Shown: positions 40,542 to 50,275 of the stretch, piece after piece
Numbering within the stretch: position 1 is the stretch's first letter
How the letters are laid out: each line of letters starts with the position of its first letter
Source: an uncultured Acidobacteriota bacterium
GTDB taxonomy: Bacteria; Actinomycetota; Acidimicrobiia; Spongiisociales; ZC4RG35
Assembly (NCBI GenBank): GCA_963720925.1
Contig: CAVRHE010000012.1
Coordinates: 11,160-75,159, forward strand
Direction: 5' to 3'
Length of the DNA: 64,000 nt
Notes under the pieces: generated by a model
Database searches by the model: none
What the model was told of the DNA's origin: nothing
The model's input: the letters and a program-made list of their open reading frames with translations, nothing else
Made by a program: the position numbers and the translations under genes

Positions 40542-41039
40542 TTGATGAAGACGCTCCTGCTGATGCGTCACGCCAAGTCGGATTGGGATGCCGACTACGG
40601 CCCCGATCATGACCGGCCACTCAACGAACGTGGGCTGAGGAGTGCCCGGCTCATGGGTCGGGTGCTGGCTGACGAGGGCTTGGTGCCCGATCTGATCATC
40701 AGCTCGACGGCGGTGCGTGCGAGAAGCACGGCCGAGCTGGCCATCGATGCGGGCGGTTGGGACACCCACCTCGTTCTCGATCGCTCGTTGTATGACGAGG
40801 GGCCGCGCCGCGTGCTCGACGCTGGGGCATCCGCGCCGGACGTGAACACCGTCATGCTCGTCGGCCATCAACCCACCTGGTCGATGCTGGTGTCGACTCT
40901 GACGGGGGAGCGCGCCGAGCTGAAGACCGCAACTGTGGCCGTCATCGAGCTCGATCTCGATTCGTGGGCCGATCTGCCCGAGGCCTCGGGCAAGTTGACC
41001 CGGGTGCTGGAAGCGAGGTCATTCGACCGGGGGCCGTGA
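40542..41039 (+). CDS. Histidine phosphatase family protein (SixA-like)
   Basis: LLLMRHAKSDW...RPLNERG...ISSTAVRARSTAE...LVGHQP, i.e. RHG...H phosphatase motifs. Confidence 0.75.
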   Translation: MMKTLLLMRHAKSDWDADYGPDHDRPLNERGLRSARLMGRVLADEGLVPDLIISSTAVRARSTAELAIDAGGWDTHLVLDRSLYDEGPRRVLDAGASAPDVNTVMLVGHQPTWSMLVSTLTGERAELKTATVAVIELDLDSWADLPEASGKLTRVLEARSFDRGP

Positions 41040-41046
41040 TGGATCC

Positions 41047-41406
41047 TCAGGCAGCGTCGGTCTCCGCAATGCGGGCCTTCACCAGGGTCTCGACGAGGGT
41101 GGCGGGCAGGGGGGAATCTGCCTGGAATCTCACGGTGCCTTTGGCTGTGTCGTAGCCGGCGAGCTCGGCCTGGTGCGCCTCCATCACCGCCGGGCTTTGC
41201 AGATAGAAGGCGCAGTGGTTCTTCCCGGCGGCGTAGGAGACGAGTGGCCGCCTCTTGTAGTAGAAGGCGGGCACCCCGTAACCGATCCGTTCCTCTGCGT
41301 CCGGGGCGGCGCGTCTGATGGTCTCACGAAGTTGTTCCAGAGTGACTCGCACGTCGTCGGGCAGATTGGCGAGAAACTCGTCCACATCTGGGGCTGAACT
41401 CGGCAT
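41047..41406 (-). CDS. DUF1801 (YdhG-like) domain protein
   Basis: VDEFLANLPDDVRVTLEQLRETIRRAAPDAEERIGYGVPAFYYKRRPLVSYAAGKNHCAFY. Confidence 0.65.
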   Translation of the reverse strand: MPSSAPDVDEFLANLPDDVRVTLEQLRETIRRAAPDAEERIGYGVPAFYYKRRPLVSYAAGKNHCAFYLQSPAVMEAHQAELAGYDTAKGTVRFQADSPLPATLVETLVKARIAETDAA

Positions 41407-41452
41407 GTCGTTAGGTCCCGTCGGATTCGGGGAACAAGGGGGTGGTCATGGT

Positions 41453-41461
41453 TGTTATAAT
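41453..41461 (+). promoter_or_regulatory. Extended -10 promoter element (TGtTATAAT) upstream of the sigma factor gene
   Basis: TGTTATAAT at 41453-41461 sits in a 240-nt intergenic region, about 190 nt upstream of the ATG at 41648. No clear -35 element is visible. Confidence 0.3.
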
Positions 41462-41647
41462 CCACGTCGGCAACCGTGGGGTCTCACGGTCTACTCCGGT
41501 GACCACGGTACAATGTCAGCGTTCCCCAATTCCGCGGATTGCCGCAAGGTGCGTGCAAAAGAGGGGGGTTCACAAACTACCCCGCATGTGTCATAGTTGG
41601 GCGTCCGGGAGATCCCTGCCCGACGGGCTCAGGAGGATTTGAACCAA

Positions 41648-42634
41648 ATGCCAGCCGCTGAAACGCGTACTGAGAAAACCGAAAAGCCACGCATCCGGCT
41701 TCATTCGAAGCTGACGGATGAGCGCGGGCGTCTCACCACAGACCTGGTTTCCCAGTACCTGACGGCCATCGGGGAGTACGACCTCCTCACGGCCGAGCAG
41801 GAGGTCGAGCTGGCGCAGAAGATCGAGGCAGGGGAAGAGGCTGCGGAGAAGCTGGAGAAGGGCGAGTACAGCGGCAAGCGCGAGGAAATGGAACTTCGCC
41901 GGTTCGCCCGACGTGGTGCACAGGCCAAAGACGATTTTCTAACCGCCAACCTCCGGCTCGTCGTGGCCAACGCGCGGCGCTATGCCAACACCTCGGGCAT
42001 CGACTTTCTCGATCTGATTCAAGAGGGCAATCTGGGTCTCATCCGCGCTGTCGAGAAGTTCGACTGGCGCAAGGGCTTCAAGTTCTCGACGTACGCGACC
42101 TGGTGGATCCGCCAGGCGATCACCCGTGCCATCGCCGACAAATCCCGCACGGTGCGGATCCCGGTGCATCTCCACGACACCCTGGCCGCGGTCCGCGCCG
42201 CCCAGGCCTCGCTGAAGGCCGAGCTGGGGCGGGACCCCCGACCCGAGGAGATCGCCGAGGAAGCCGGCGTCACCGCCGACAAGGTCGAGCTCGCCCTGAG
42301 CGTGGCCGACACGGTCTCACTGGAGCAACCGATAGGCGAGGACGGGGCCCAGCTGGGTGACTTCATCGAGGACGAAGACGCCGCCGATCCGGTGCAGATG
42401 ACCGAGGAGATGGACGTGGCAAATTCGCTGCGGGTCTCCATCGAGCGTCTGCCCGAGCGCGAGGGCAGGATCCTCGCCCTTCGCTACGGCTTCTATGACG
42501 GTGTCCCCCGGACACTGGAGGAGATCGGCGACGAGTTCAACCTCACCCGGGAGCGAATCCGCCAGCTGGAGAAGTTGGCCCTCTGCCGCCTCCGTCATCC
42601 CTCATTCGGCATCCGCGAAGCTGACCTCGTCTGA
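41648..42634 (+). CDS. RNA polymerase sigma factor, sigma-70 group 1/2 (SigA/SigB-like)
   Basis: Region 2 [41 protein letters not shown], region 3 RIPVH, and region 4.2 [24 protein letters not shown]. The N-terminus is short. Confidence 0.9.
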   Translation: MPAAETRTEKTEKPRIRLHSKLTDERGRLTTDLVSQYLTAIGEYDLLTAEQEVELAQKIEAGEEAAEKLEKGEYSGKREEMELRRFARRGAQAKDDFLTANLRLVVANARRYANTSGIDFLDLIQEGNLGLIRAVEKFDWRKGFKFSTYATWWIRQAITRAIADKSRTVRIPVHLHDTLAAVRAAQASLKAELGRDPRPEEIAEEAGVTADKVELALSVADTVSLEQPIGEDGAQLGDFIEDEDAADPVQMTEEMDVANSLRVSIERLPEREGRILALRYGFYDGVPRTLEEIGDEFNLTRERIRQLEKLALCRLRHPSFGIREADLV

Positions 42635-42669
42635 CCCGCGGTAACCGCGGTCCTCTAACGTGACACCCG

Positions 42670-43044
42670 ATGCGTCTGGGTGATCTCGTCAGCAACGCGC
42701 CCCATGTGTGTGGTCCAGACACGACCGTGGTCGAGGCTGCAGTCGCCATGGAGGGGTCCGACCTCGGCTCGTTGGCGGTGGTCGAGGGTCGGGAGCTCGT
42801 GGGGCTCGTCACCGAGCGGGACATCAGACGGGCCGTGGCCGAGGGGATCGATCCCGGGACCATGGTCTCGTCGATCATGAGTGATGAGCCCGATACCTTC
42901 GATCCCGACCTCGATGTCTGGGATGCTGCTGCGTGGCTGGCCGAATCGGGATACCGCCATCTCCCGGTGATGGATGACGATGGGACCTTGCTCGGTGTGG
43001 TCTCGATCAGGGACCTCCTCAAGGCCCTCGTCGACACGGTGTAG
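42670..43044 (+). CDS. CBS-domain pair protein
   Basis: Two CBS repeats: LVGLVTERDIRRAV and HLPVMDDDGTLLGVVSIRDLLKAL. Confidence 0.75.
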   Translation: MRLGDLVSNAPHVCGPDTTVVEAAVAMEGSDLGSLAVVEGRELVGLVTERDIRRAVAEGIDPGTMVSSIMSDEPDTFDPDLDVWDAAAWLAESGYRHLPVMDDDGTLLGVVSIRDLLKALVDTV

Positions 43045-43089
43045 AGCGCGGCGGAACCGGTCGGGATCCATGACATCCGATTGGACGGA

Positions 43090-43968
43090 TCAGACCTCAG
43101 GAGGCGGCCGGTAGTAGGCGTTGGTGAATTTCCCTTCTTCTACCCCCACGACCCAAATGGAGCCCTTGGAGCAATAGAACCGGGAATCGAGAGTGAGCCC
43201 GGCCCACATCATGCGGTTGATCAGGGCGGGTATGACGTCGCCGTGAGAGCAGACCACGGCGTTGGTGCCCACCAGGCCGTCGATCAGCGCGTAGGCGGCG
43301 TCGATGTCAGGCTCCTCGCCCAGCAGCGACGATATCTCGACTGGAGCTTTGATCAGCTTGGCCAACGGCTTGACTGATTGCACACACCTCTCGTAGGGGC
43401 TGGAGAAGATCCTTTCGATGCCGGCGCCGGCCAAATAACCCGCAATGGCGTCAGCCTCTCGCCAACCCTTCTTGGTGAGCGAACGATCCTCATCTCGGCC
43501 CTTCCATCTCGAGCGTTCACCTGCGGTGGTGTGTCTGTACAGGTACAGGTTCCCGGTTTGAGCCAGCTTCTTGAAGTCGGTCCCCTGGATCAGCTCTCGG
43601 TCCTGGTCGTAGCTGAGCTTGTCCGCCAGCTTGCGAGGTGACACCCACTTCACCTGATCGACCTCGGAGTTCTTGGTGAAGCCAGGACTGTCAGGGAGTG
43701 GCCTCATGCCAAACCAGTGCACCTCTTTCACACCACCTTGGACTCGGTAGCGAGTGGGCCCCAGTGGAGCGACGATTCGACAGCGATAGCCGGTCTCTTC
43801 GAGGACCTCGCGGATCGCTGTTTCTTCCGGCGATTCACCTTTGTCGGCTTTGCCCTTGGGAGGGGTCCAATCGTCGTACTGGGGGCGGTGAACGACCAGG
43901 ACCCGGACCTTGCCTTTGGGAGTCTTGCGAAAGACGACGCCCCCGGCCGCACGAATGAGTCGTGTCAC
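43090..43968 (-). CDS. NUDIX hydrolase fused to histidine-phosphatase (SixA/PGM-like) domain
   Basis: Nudix box GKADKGESPEETAIREVLEETG in the N-terminal half. The C-terminal half has LYRHTTAGERS...SSPYERCVQS...CSHGDV. Confidence 0.8.
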   Translation of the reverse strand: MTRLIRAAGGVVFRKTPKGKVRVLVVHRPQYDDWTPPKGKADKGESPEETAIREVLEETGYRCRIVAPLGPTRYRVQGGVKEVHWFGMRPLPDSPGFTKNSEVDQVKWVSPRKLADKLSYDQDRELIQGTDFKKLAQTGNLYLYRHTTAGERSRWKGRDEDRSLTKKGWREADAIAGYLAGAGIERIFSSPYERCVQSVKPLAKLIKAPVEISSLLGEEPDIDAAYALIDGLVGTNAVVCSHGDVIPALINRMMWAGLTLDSRFYCSKGSIWVVGVEEGKFTNAYYRPPPEV

Positions 43969-43994
43969 GGCGGGGACTCTAGATCCGCGGACCC

Positions 43995-44198
43995 CTAGCT
44001 CTCCAAGCGATCGGCGACCACCGCGTCATCGACCGAGGCCGGTTCGCCGAGGACGATGGTCACGGATCCACAGGCGAGGCACACCTGGCGCAGGATCCCG
44101 GCACCCACATGTCGCGGCGATCCATACTGATGAAGACCTCGTCGGCACGACGACTTGCGGTGTGCAGTCGGGGCGACGTCGGAGCGGAGGTGCGTCAT
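43995..44198 (-). CDS. Small hypothetical ORF with Cys/His cluster (weak call)
   Basis: 67-aa ORF with ...SSCRRGLHQYGSPRH...VCLACGS..., which could be zinc-ribbon-like. An overlapping alternative-frame ORF (44026-44253) makes the true frame unclear. Confidence 0.2.
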   Translation of the reverse strand: MTHLRSDVAPTAHRKSSCRRGLHQYGSPRHVGAGILRQVCLACGSVTIVLGEPASVDDAVVADRLES

Positions 44199-44264
44199 GT
44201 GCGGTCATGAGGCTCACGCGCGCCGACCGAAAGTCAAGACACCTCAGAGGCAAGCTCGATATGA

Positions 44265-44810
44265 CTAGTCAGACAATCGGGCGAGGATCCGTTCGACGCC
44301 CTCATCCACGGTGTCGACCCAGACCACGTCGTCCTCGAGGGCGCCATTCATGTCGACCAGGGCCCTGGCCAGTGCCTTCCACCCCGAACCGACGGCCACA
44401 CTGACTCGTGGCTTGGCACCCGTTCGGCGCAGAATGTGATTGGTGTTCCAGGAGATCAGGAGCTCGGCGGCTGTGCCGATCGATCCAGGCAACGCCAGTG
44501 TCGCCCTCGATCGCTGCATCATGATGTCGATCCGATTGGCCAGGCTCGAGGCCTCGATGACCTCGTGCACGAACGGGTTCGCCGTCGCCCGGTCAGGAAA
44601 CAGGACGGGCGCGGTGACACCGATCACGTGGCCCCCGGCGCCCGCCGCCCCACTCGACACCGCCTCCATGGTCCCGCCATACCCGCCGGTGATGACGGCG
44701 TACCCGTCCTCGGCGATACGGGCGCCTGCTCGACGTGCATTCTCCCACTCGGCAGATCCGGGCTCGGTCTGAGAAGACCCAAACACCGCAACTCCGTCGT
44801 TGTCACTCAC
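44265..44810 (-). CDS. LOG/SLOG-superfamily protein (TIGR00725-like)
   Basis: VAVFGSS...YAVITGGYGGTMEAVSSGA...LPGSIGTAAELL. The GTG start overlaps the upstream E1 stop (GTGA at 44807-44810). Confidence 0.65.
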   Translation of the reverse strand: MSDNDGVAVFGSSQTEPGSAEWENARRAGARIAEDGYAVITGGYGGTMEAVSSGAAGAGGHVIGVTAPVLFPDRATANPFVHEVIEASSLANRIDIMMQRSRATLALPGSIGTAAELLISWNTNHILRRTGAKPRVSVAVGSGWKALARALVDMNGALEDDVVWVDTVDEGVERILARLSD

Positions 44811-46924
44811 CCCGTCATCGCCTCCGTTATCCCCGACACAACCCGGTCGACATCGATCAAGGCATGGGCCTCGATTGCGAACTGAGGCCACGGCACATCG
44901 AAGCCAGTGACGCGCACGATCGGCCCCTGGAGGTCGTACAACGCCTCTTCTGCGACGACGGCCGCGATCTCGGCGGCGACACCTGCAGATCGCTGCGGCT
45001 CCTGAACCAGGAGGAGTCGGCCCGTCTTCCTCACCGAGTCGAGCACGGTCTCCCGATCCCAGGGGAAGAGGGTGCGAAGGTCGATCACCTCGACCGAATG
45101 TTCGAGCCGCTCTGCGGCTTCGAGCGCGACCGGCACCATCCCTCCATAGGTGACCAAGGTGATGTCGGCGCCTTCCCTTCGAACTCGGGCGCGACCGATG
45201 GGGAGGGTGTAATGCTCGACCGGCACCTCCTCCCGACCGGCCCGATAGAGGACCTTGGGCTCGAGGAATATCACCGGATCGTGCCCGGTGAGGGCCGAGG
45301 CGAGCAGGCCCTTGGCGTCGACCGGGGTGGATGGGCAGATCACGACGAGGCCGGGCGCGTGGACGAAATACGCCTCGGGTGAGTCGCAATGGTGCTCGTG
45401 GGCTCCAATGCCGGCTCCGTTGGGGAAACGCACCACTACCGGCACCTCCGAGTTGCCCCGTGTGCGGAACCGATATCTGCCCAGATGACTGACGATCTGA
45501 TCGAAGGCCGGGTAAACGAAACCGTCGAATTGGATCTCGGCCACGGGCCTGGCCCCGGCCAGCGCCATTCCGACTGCGGCCCCGACGATGCCCGACTCGT
45601 TCAGTGGGGTGTCGATCACCCGACTCTCGCCAAAATTCTCCTGAAGGCCCTCGGTCACTCTGAAGACCCCGCCAGTCAGTCCGACGTCCTCACCGAGGAC
45701 GATGACCCCCGGATCTCGCTCCATCGACTGGTGAAGGGTCGCATTGATCGCCTCGGCCATGTTCATCGACCGGGTCGACCCTTGGGGGATGGCATCCCGC
45801 CCGATCGACCAGATCTCCTCGGGGTCGAAATGTGTGGGCGGCTCGGCATGAGAGCGTTGCATCGCATGGAGTTGTTCCACGACATGGGCGGGTATTCGGT
45901 GAAAGCCGTGTCGGATGGCATCGTCCCTTCCCGGAAGCGGCTGAGCTTCGATCTCGGTGATGGCGGCGGCGACCAGATCGGAAGTCTCCATCGTCACCTT
46001 CTCCTCCACGGCGTCGTCCCACTCGCCACGTCCCTCGAGGAACCGGCGCAGTCTGTCGATCGGGTCTCGCTGGCGCCACGACTCCTCCTCTTCCCTTGAT
46101 CGGTAGAGGGTGGGATCGTCGGCGGTGGCATGGGGGCCGTACCGGTAGGTCATCGCCTCGATCAGACTCGGACCATCGCCATTCCGTGCCCTGTCGACGG
46201 CTTGTCGAGTCGCCAGATAGACCGCCACTACGTCCATCCCGTCCACCCGGACCCCATCGAATCCGTACGCACCGGCCTTCTGGGCGATGGTCGCGGAGGC
46301 CGTCTGCTTCTCGTATGGCACCGAGATCGCATAGAGGTTGTTGGCGCAGATGAACACGGTGGGTGTCTTCCAGACCCCGGCGAAGTTCATGCCCGAGTGA
46401 AAATCCACCTCCGAAGTGGCTCCGTCGCCGAAGTACACGGCGGTGACGGTGCTTTGGCCCCTCAGCTTGGTGACATAGGAGTACCCGACGGCATGGGGGA
46501 GTTGGCTGGCGATCGGGACCGAGACGATCCCGGTGCGGTATTTCTCCATGTCCCAACGAGCATTCGGCAGGCCTTTCCAGTAGGCGAGTAGCACTTCGAT
46601 GGGCAGCCCGCGCGTGACTTGAACGCCGTGCTCCCGATACGAGGGGAACACGAAGTCATCGGTGTCGAGAGCCAAGGCCGACCCGATCTGGACCGCCTCC
46701 TGTCCCTCGAGCATGGCGTAAGTACCGATCCGACCCTGACGCTGGAGGGCGAGCATCCGCCGGTCGAGCTCGCGGGACAGGACCATGTGGCGATACATCC
46801 GCTGATAGAGGTCGGGGTCGAGTCCCGGGTCCTCGCCGACGAGGCGGCCCCGCCGATCGATCACCTCGAGTGCCGTAATCGAGTTCTCACTTGGGATCGA
46901 TGTCTCCAATTCCGACGAAACCAT
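44807..46924 (-). CDS. 2-oxoacid dehydrogenase E1 component, alpha and beta subunits in one reading frame (TPP-dependent)
   Basis: The alpha part has YRHMVLSRELDRRM...YFGDGATSEVDFHSGMNFAGVWKTPTVFICANN (TPP motif). About 30 residues later the beta part has MNMAEAINATLHQSMERDPGVIVLGEDVG...IDTPLNESGIVG. No stop codon lies between them. Confidence 0.85.
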   Translation of the reverse strand: MVSSELETSIPSENSITALEVIDRRGRLVGEDPGLDPDLYQRMYRHMVLSRELDRRMLALQRQGRIGTYAMLEGQEAVQIGSALALDTDDFVFPSYREHGVQVTRGLPIEVLLAYWKGLPNARWDMEKYRTGIVSVPIASQLPHAVGYSYVTKLRGQSTVTAVYFGDGATSEVDFHSGMNFAGVWKTPTVFICANNLYAISVPYEKQTASATIAQKAGAYGFDGVRVDGMDVVAVYLATRQAVDRARNGDGPSLIEAMTYRYGPHATADDPTLYRSREEEESWRQRDPIDRLRRFLEGRGEWDDAVEEKVTMETSDLVAAAITEIEAQPLPGRDDAIRHGFHRIPAHVVEQLHAMQRSHAEPPTHFDPEEIWSIGRDAIPQGSTRSMNMAEAINATLHQSMERDPGVIVLGEDVGLTGGVFRVTEGLQENFGESRVIDTPLNESGIVGAAVGMALAGARPVAEIQFDGFVYPAFDQIVSHLGRYRFRTRGNSEVPVVVRFPNGAGIGAHEHHCDSPEAYFVHAPGLVVICPSTPVDAKGLLASALTGHDPVIFLEPKVLYRAGREEVPVEHYTLPIGRARVRREGADITLVTYGGMVPVALEAAERLEHSVEVIDLRTLFPWDRETVLDSVRKTGRLLLVQEPQRSAGVAAEIAAVVAEEALYDLQGPIVRVTGFDVPWPQFAIEAHALIDVDRVVSGITEAMTG

Positions 46925-46976
46925 ACTTTCGGTCGAACGGCAACAACCCGACACCGACACCATTACCTTTCCCCCG

Positions 46977-48064
46977 ATGCCAACGTTTCGGCCGGACGTC
47001 GCCGCTCTCAGCCCGTACGTCCCCGGCCGATCGATCGAGGAGGTTGCCTCCGAGATCGGCATGACACCGGACGAGATAGTCAAACTGGCGTCGAACGAGA
47101 GCCCGGATGGGCCATTTCCCGGGGTGGTAGAGGCCGCGACCATGGCCTTGGCCCAGTCGAATCGTTACCCCGACGACGATCTGCGTGCGCTGACTGCCGC
47201 GCTGGCGGAGTACCACGCCATTCCGGGAGAGAACTTCTGGTTCGGGAATGGGAGCGTGGGCCTGCTCACTCACATCGCTCTCGCCACGGGAGGCCCCGGG
47301 AAGAGTGCCGTTTACGGCTGGCCGTCGTTCGTGATGTACCGCATCGCCTCCCGTTGGGCCATGAGCGAGCCAATCGAGGTGCCGCTCGACGAGATGCACC
47401 TGCTCGACCTCGATGCGATGAGCGGGGCGATACGTGATGACACGACTGTCGTCTACCTGTGCAACCCCAACAATCCGACAGGGACGATTGTCTCGTCGGA
47501 GAAGATGACGGCCTTCATCGATGCGGTGCCCGAATCGGCGCTCATCGTGATCGACGAGGCTTATCACGATTTCGTGACAGACGAGAGCTATGCCACCGCC
47601 ATCCCCGATGCCCTGCGTCGACCGAATGTCCTGGTGCTGCGCACGTTCTCCAAGATCTTCGCCCTCGCGGCGCATCGGGTGGGCTACGGAATCGGTCAGC
47701 GGCCACGATCAGGGAGTTGCGAAAGGCGCAGCCTCCGTTCACCGTCAGCCAGGTGGCTCAGGTGGCGGCCGCGGCCTCCTTAAACCAACGGGGCGAGCTG
47801 ACGCGTAGGGCCGGGGAAAATCAGGCGGCACGCCATCAGCTGCTGGGCGTGCTGGCGGAAAGGTCCCTTCCCCACACGATGAGCCAGGCCAATTTCGTCT
47901 ACTTTGTGCTGGAGATCCCGGCGGAAGATGCCGCAGACCGCTTTATGAGGCGAGGCGTCATCGTCCGCCCGATGGGTGGTGGCTGGGTCAGGGTGACCAT
48001 CGGAGCACAGCACGAGAACAAGCGTTTTGTCGAGGCCCTGGACGACATTTTGAAAGGGATCTGA
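46977..48064 (+). CDS. hisC: Histidinol-phosphate aminotransferase, frame disrupted at about 47697
   Basis: KLASNESPDGP...YPDDD...CNPNNPTG...IDEAYHDF...RTFSKIFALA (PLP Lys). The C-terminal third (TIRELRKAQPPFTVSQ...VRVTIG) lies in ORF 47459-48064. Confidence 0.85.
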
Positions 48065-48180
48065 GCCACCGCTCGCAAATGGGCCGATAGAACCAGTGGT
48101 GTCGGTTGCCCGGATCGGCGAAAATGTCTGGTGGAGGGCAAACGTGCCCCCCTTTTGGGAGCGGAGGGCTCCGGGCGGGA

Positions 48181-49167
48181 ATGGATCTTCATCGAATCAG
48201 CCACGAGGCAGCACGCTTGCTGCCCCTCGCCCAAAGAGTGCTCGAGCATTATCCGTTCCAGGTCAGGGAACTCGCCCATCTCGCCACGCATTCCAATGTG
48301 ATGTATCGGGTGGTCACGTCGGATGGATTTCAATGCGTCCTCCGGGTCGGGAACCCGGGGTCAAACTCCCGGTCCAACATCGACTACGAGGTTGCCTGGC
48401 TGGCTGCGTTGAACAACGACACCGATCTGGAGATCGTCACGCCGATCAAGACCGGATACGGGACCATGATCGTCGATGCCAAGGAGCCTGGATCGGCCCA
48501 GACCCGGCCGTGTGTCCTATTCAGCTGGATTCCGGGCGCACCACTGGCCGACGAGGCGGGCAGCTTTGGTTATCGGTTGCTGGGCCGAGTCAGTGCTTCG
48601 CTCCAGGAGCACGGCCGCACGTGGCAGGTCGCCAACGCCGAAGGGATGAGACGATGGGACCGCATCTTCTACTACGACCCCGAGCTCGATCCGGTGGTCA
48701 TCGAAAGCTCGAGATTCGACCATCTATTCGATTCCTATCGTCGTCGGACAATCAGCGAGGCGTCGGATCTGTCTGAGCGGGTCATCAAGGACGCCTGGGC
48801 GACGGGGCTCGCCCACGTCGTACACGGCGATCTCCACGAGTGGAACGTCCACTTGATCGGTTCCCGGCTCCACGCGTTCGACTTCGAGGACGTGATGATC
48901 GCCACCCCGGGCCAGGATGTCTCGGTGTGCCTCTACTCGTCACGGACCAGTGAGCGGCGCGACGAGATCAGGGTGGCCTACCGTCAGGGATACGAGGAGA
49001 TCGCACCCTGGCCCATCGAGGACGTGGAGCAATTGGACGGCTTCCATGCCGCCCGTCAGATAATGCTCATGAACTACGCGGCCCGGACCCTGCCGATGGG
49101 GGAGGCCGAGGAGTATCTCACTCAGGTCATGCCCTGGCTCCGGAGTTACGTGGATCAATACGGCTGA
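48181..49167 (+). CDS. Phosphotransferase (APH/choline-kinase-like) family protein
   Basis: HSNVMYRV...VLRV...VVHGDLHEWNVHL...FDFEDV (Brenner/DxD kinase motifs). Confidence 0.7.
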   Translation: MDLHRISHEAARLLPLAQRVLEHYPFQVRELAHLATHSNVMYRVVTSDGFQCVLRVGNPGSNSRSNIDYEVAWLAALNNDTDLEIVTPIKTGYGTMIVDAKEPGSAQTRPCVLFSWIPGAPLADEAGSFGYRLLGRVSASLQEHGRTWQVANAEGMRRWDRIFYYDPELDPVVIESSRFDHLFDSYRRRTISEASDLSERVIKDAWATGLAHVVHGDLHEWNVHLIGSRLHAFDFEDVMIATPGQDVSVCLYSSRTSERRDEIRVAYRQGYEEIAPWPIEDVEQLDGFHAARQIMLMNYAARTLPMGEAEEYLTQVMPWLRSYVDQYG

Positions 49168-49171
49168 GCTC

Positions 49172-49807
49172 ATGAGATTCGCCGACCGCCGCGAGGCGGG
49201 GGTGATCCTCGGTCGGGCTGTAGCCGCTGACAACCCTTCGCAACCCCTTGTCTCTGCTCTACCCCGAGGAGGGGTCCCGGTCGGATTCGAAGTCGCCGAG
49301 GCGTTGGGCTGCGAGCTCGATGTGCTGGCGGTTCGCAAGGTGGGCGTGCCGTTTCATCCCGAGTTGGCGATGGGAGCCGTTGCCGAGGGGGATGTCGTCA
49401 TCAGGAACGAAGAGATCATCGACGCCGTCGGGATCGACGAGGAGACCTTCGACGAGCGGGCTGAGTCGGAGAGGGCCGAGCTGGAGTCGAGGCTGGCCCG
49501 GTACCGGGAGGCGGCCCCGGCCATCGATCCGGGTGGTCGCACCGTGTTAGTCGTCGACGACGGCCTCGCCACCGGCTCGACGGCGATCGCCGCGATCCGC
49601 GTCTTGCGAGCCCGTGAGGCGCTCGCAGTGTGGTTGGCGGTCCCCGTGGCACCGGCAGACACCATCCCCGTGATGGAAAGAGTCGCCGATCGTGTGATCG
49701 TTGTCGAGCATCCGAGAAGGTTCATGGCGGTGGGCGCCTGGTACCGGGACTTCACTCCTACTCCGGATGCCGAAGTCGTCGAGCTCCTGCGGCGCTCCCG
49801 GAACTAG
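49172..49807 (+). CDS. Phosphoribosyltransferase family protein
   Basis: ALPRGGVPVGFEVAEAL...VLVVDDGLATGSTAIAAI (PRPP-binding loop). Confidence 0.75.
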   Translation: MRFADRREAGVILGRAVAADNPSQPLVSALPRGGVPVGFEVAEALGCELDVLAVRKVGVPFHPELAMGAVAEGDVVIRNEEIIDAVGIDEETFDERAESERAELESRLARYREAAPAIDPGGRTVLVVDDGLATGSTAIAAIRVLRAREALAVWLAVPVAPADTIPVMERVADRVIVVEHPRRFMAVGAWYRDFTPTPDAEVVELLRRSRN

Positions 49808-49839
49808 CGTTCTCCTACGCGACCCAGGAGCACGAGCGC

Positions 49840-50250
49840 ATGCCTTCATTGGAGTTGTTCTGCACGATCGAGGCCGAGATGGGCAGGAAGATCATCGGCA
49901 GCGCGCCGGCTGGGATGCGGATCGACTTCCCGTTCCAGGGCACTGCCACCGGTCCCCATTGGGATGGTGAGAGACCAGTGACTGGCATCGATTACGTGAC
50001 CGTTCGCTCCGATGGGAACATGGATCTCGACATCCATGCCACCATTGGCGACAAGCGGGAAACGGTCGCCTATGCAGGGCGCGGGATCTCAATCGTCAAC
50101 CCCGACCAATCCGCTGAGCCACATGAGCTGCTGACCTTCCAGACCGGGAATGACGACCTCGCCTGGCTGAACAATGAGATTGGAGTTGCCTTCGGCAAGG
50201 GCGAGGCTGGAGCACTGACCGTCGAGGTCTACCTGGTAAAGCCCGATTGA
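49840..50250 (+). CDS. DUF3237-like protein
   Basis: MPSLELFCTIEAEMG...GMRIDFPFQGTATGPHWDGERPVTGIDYVTVRSDG... The family assignment is from memory only. Confidence 0.5.
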   Translation: MPSLELFCTIEAEMGRKIIGSAPAGMRIDFPFQGTATGPHWDGERPVTGIDYVTVRSDGNMDLDIHATIGDKRETVAYAGRGISIVNPDQSAEPHELLTFQTGNDDLAWLNNEIGVAFGKGEAGALTVEVYLVKPD

Positions 50251-50275
50251 TCGCTTGACGATCTGGCGCCGGTGA

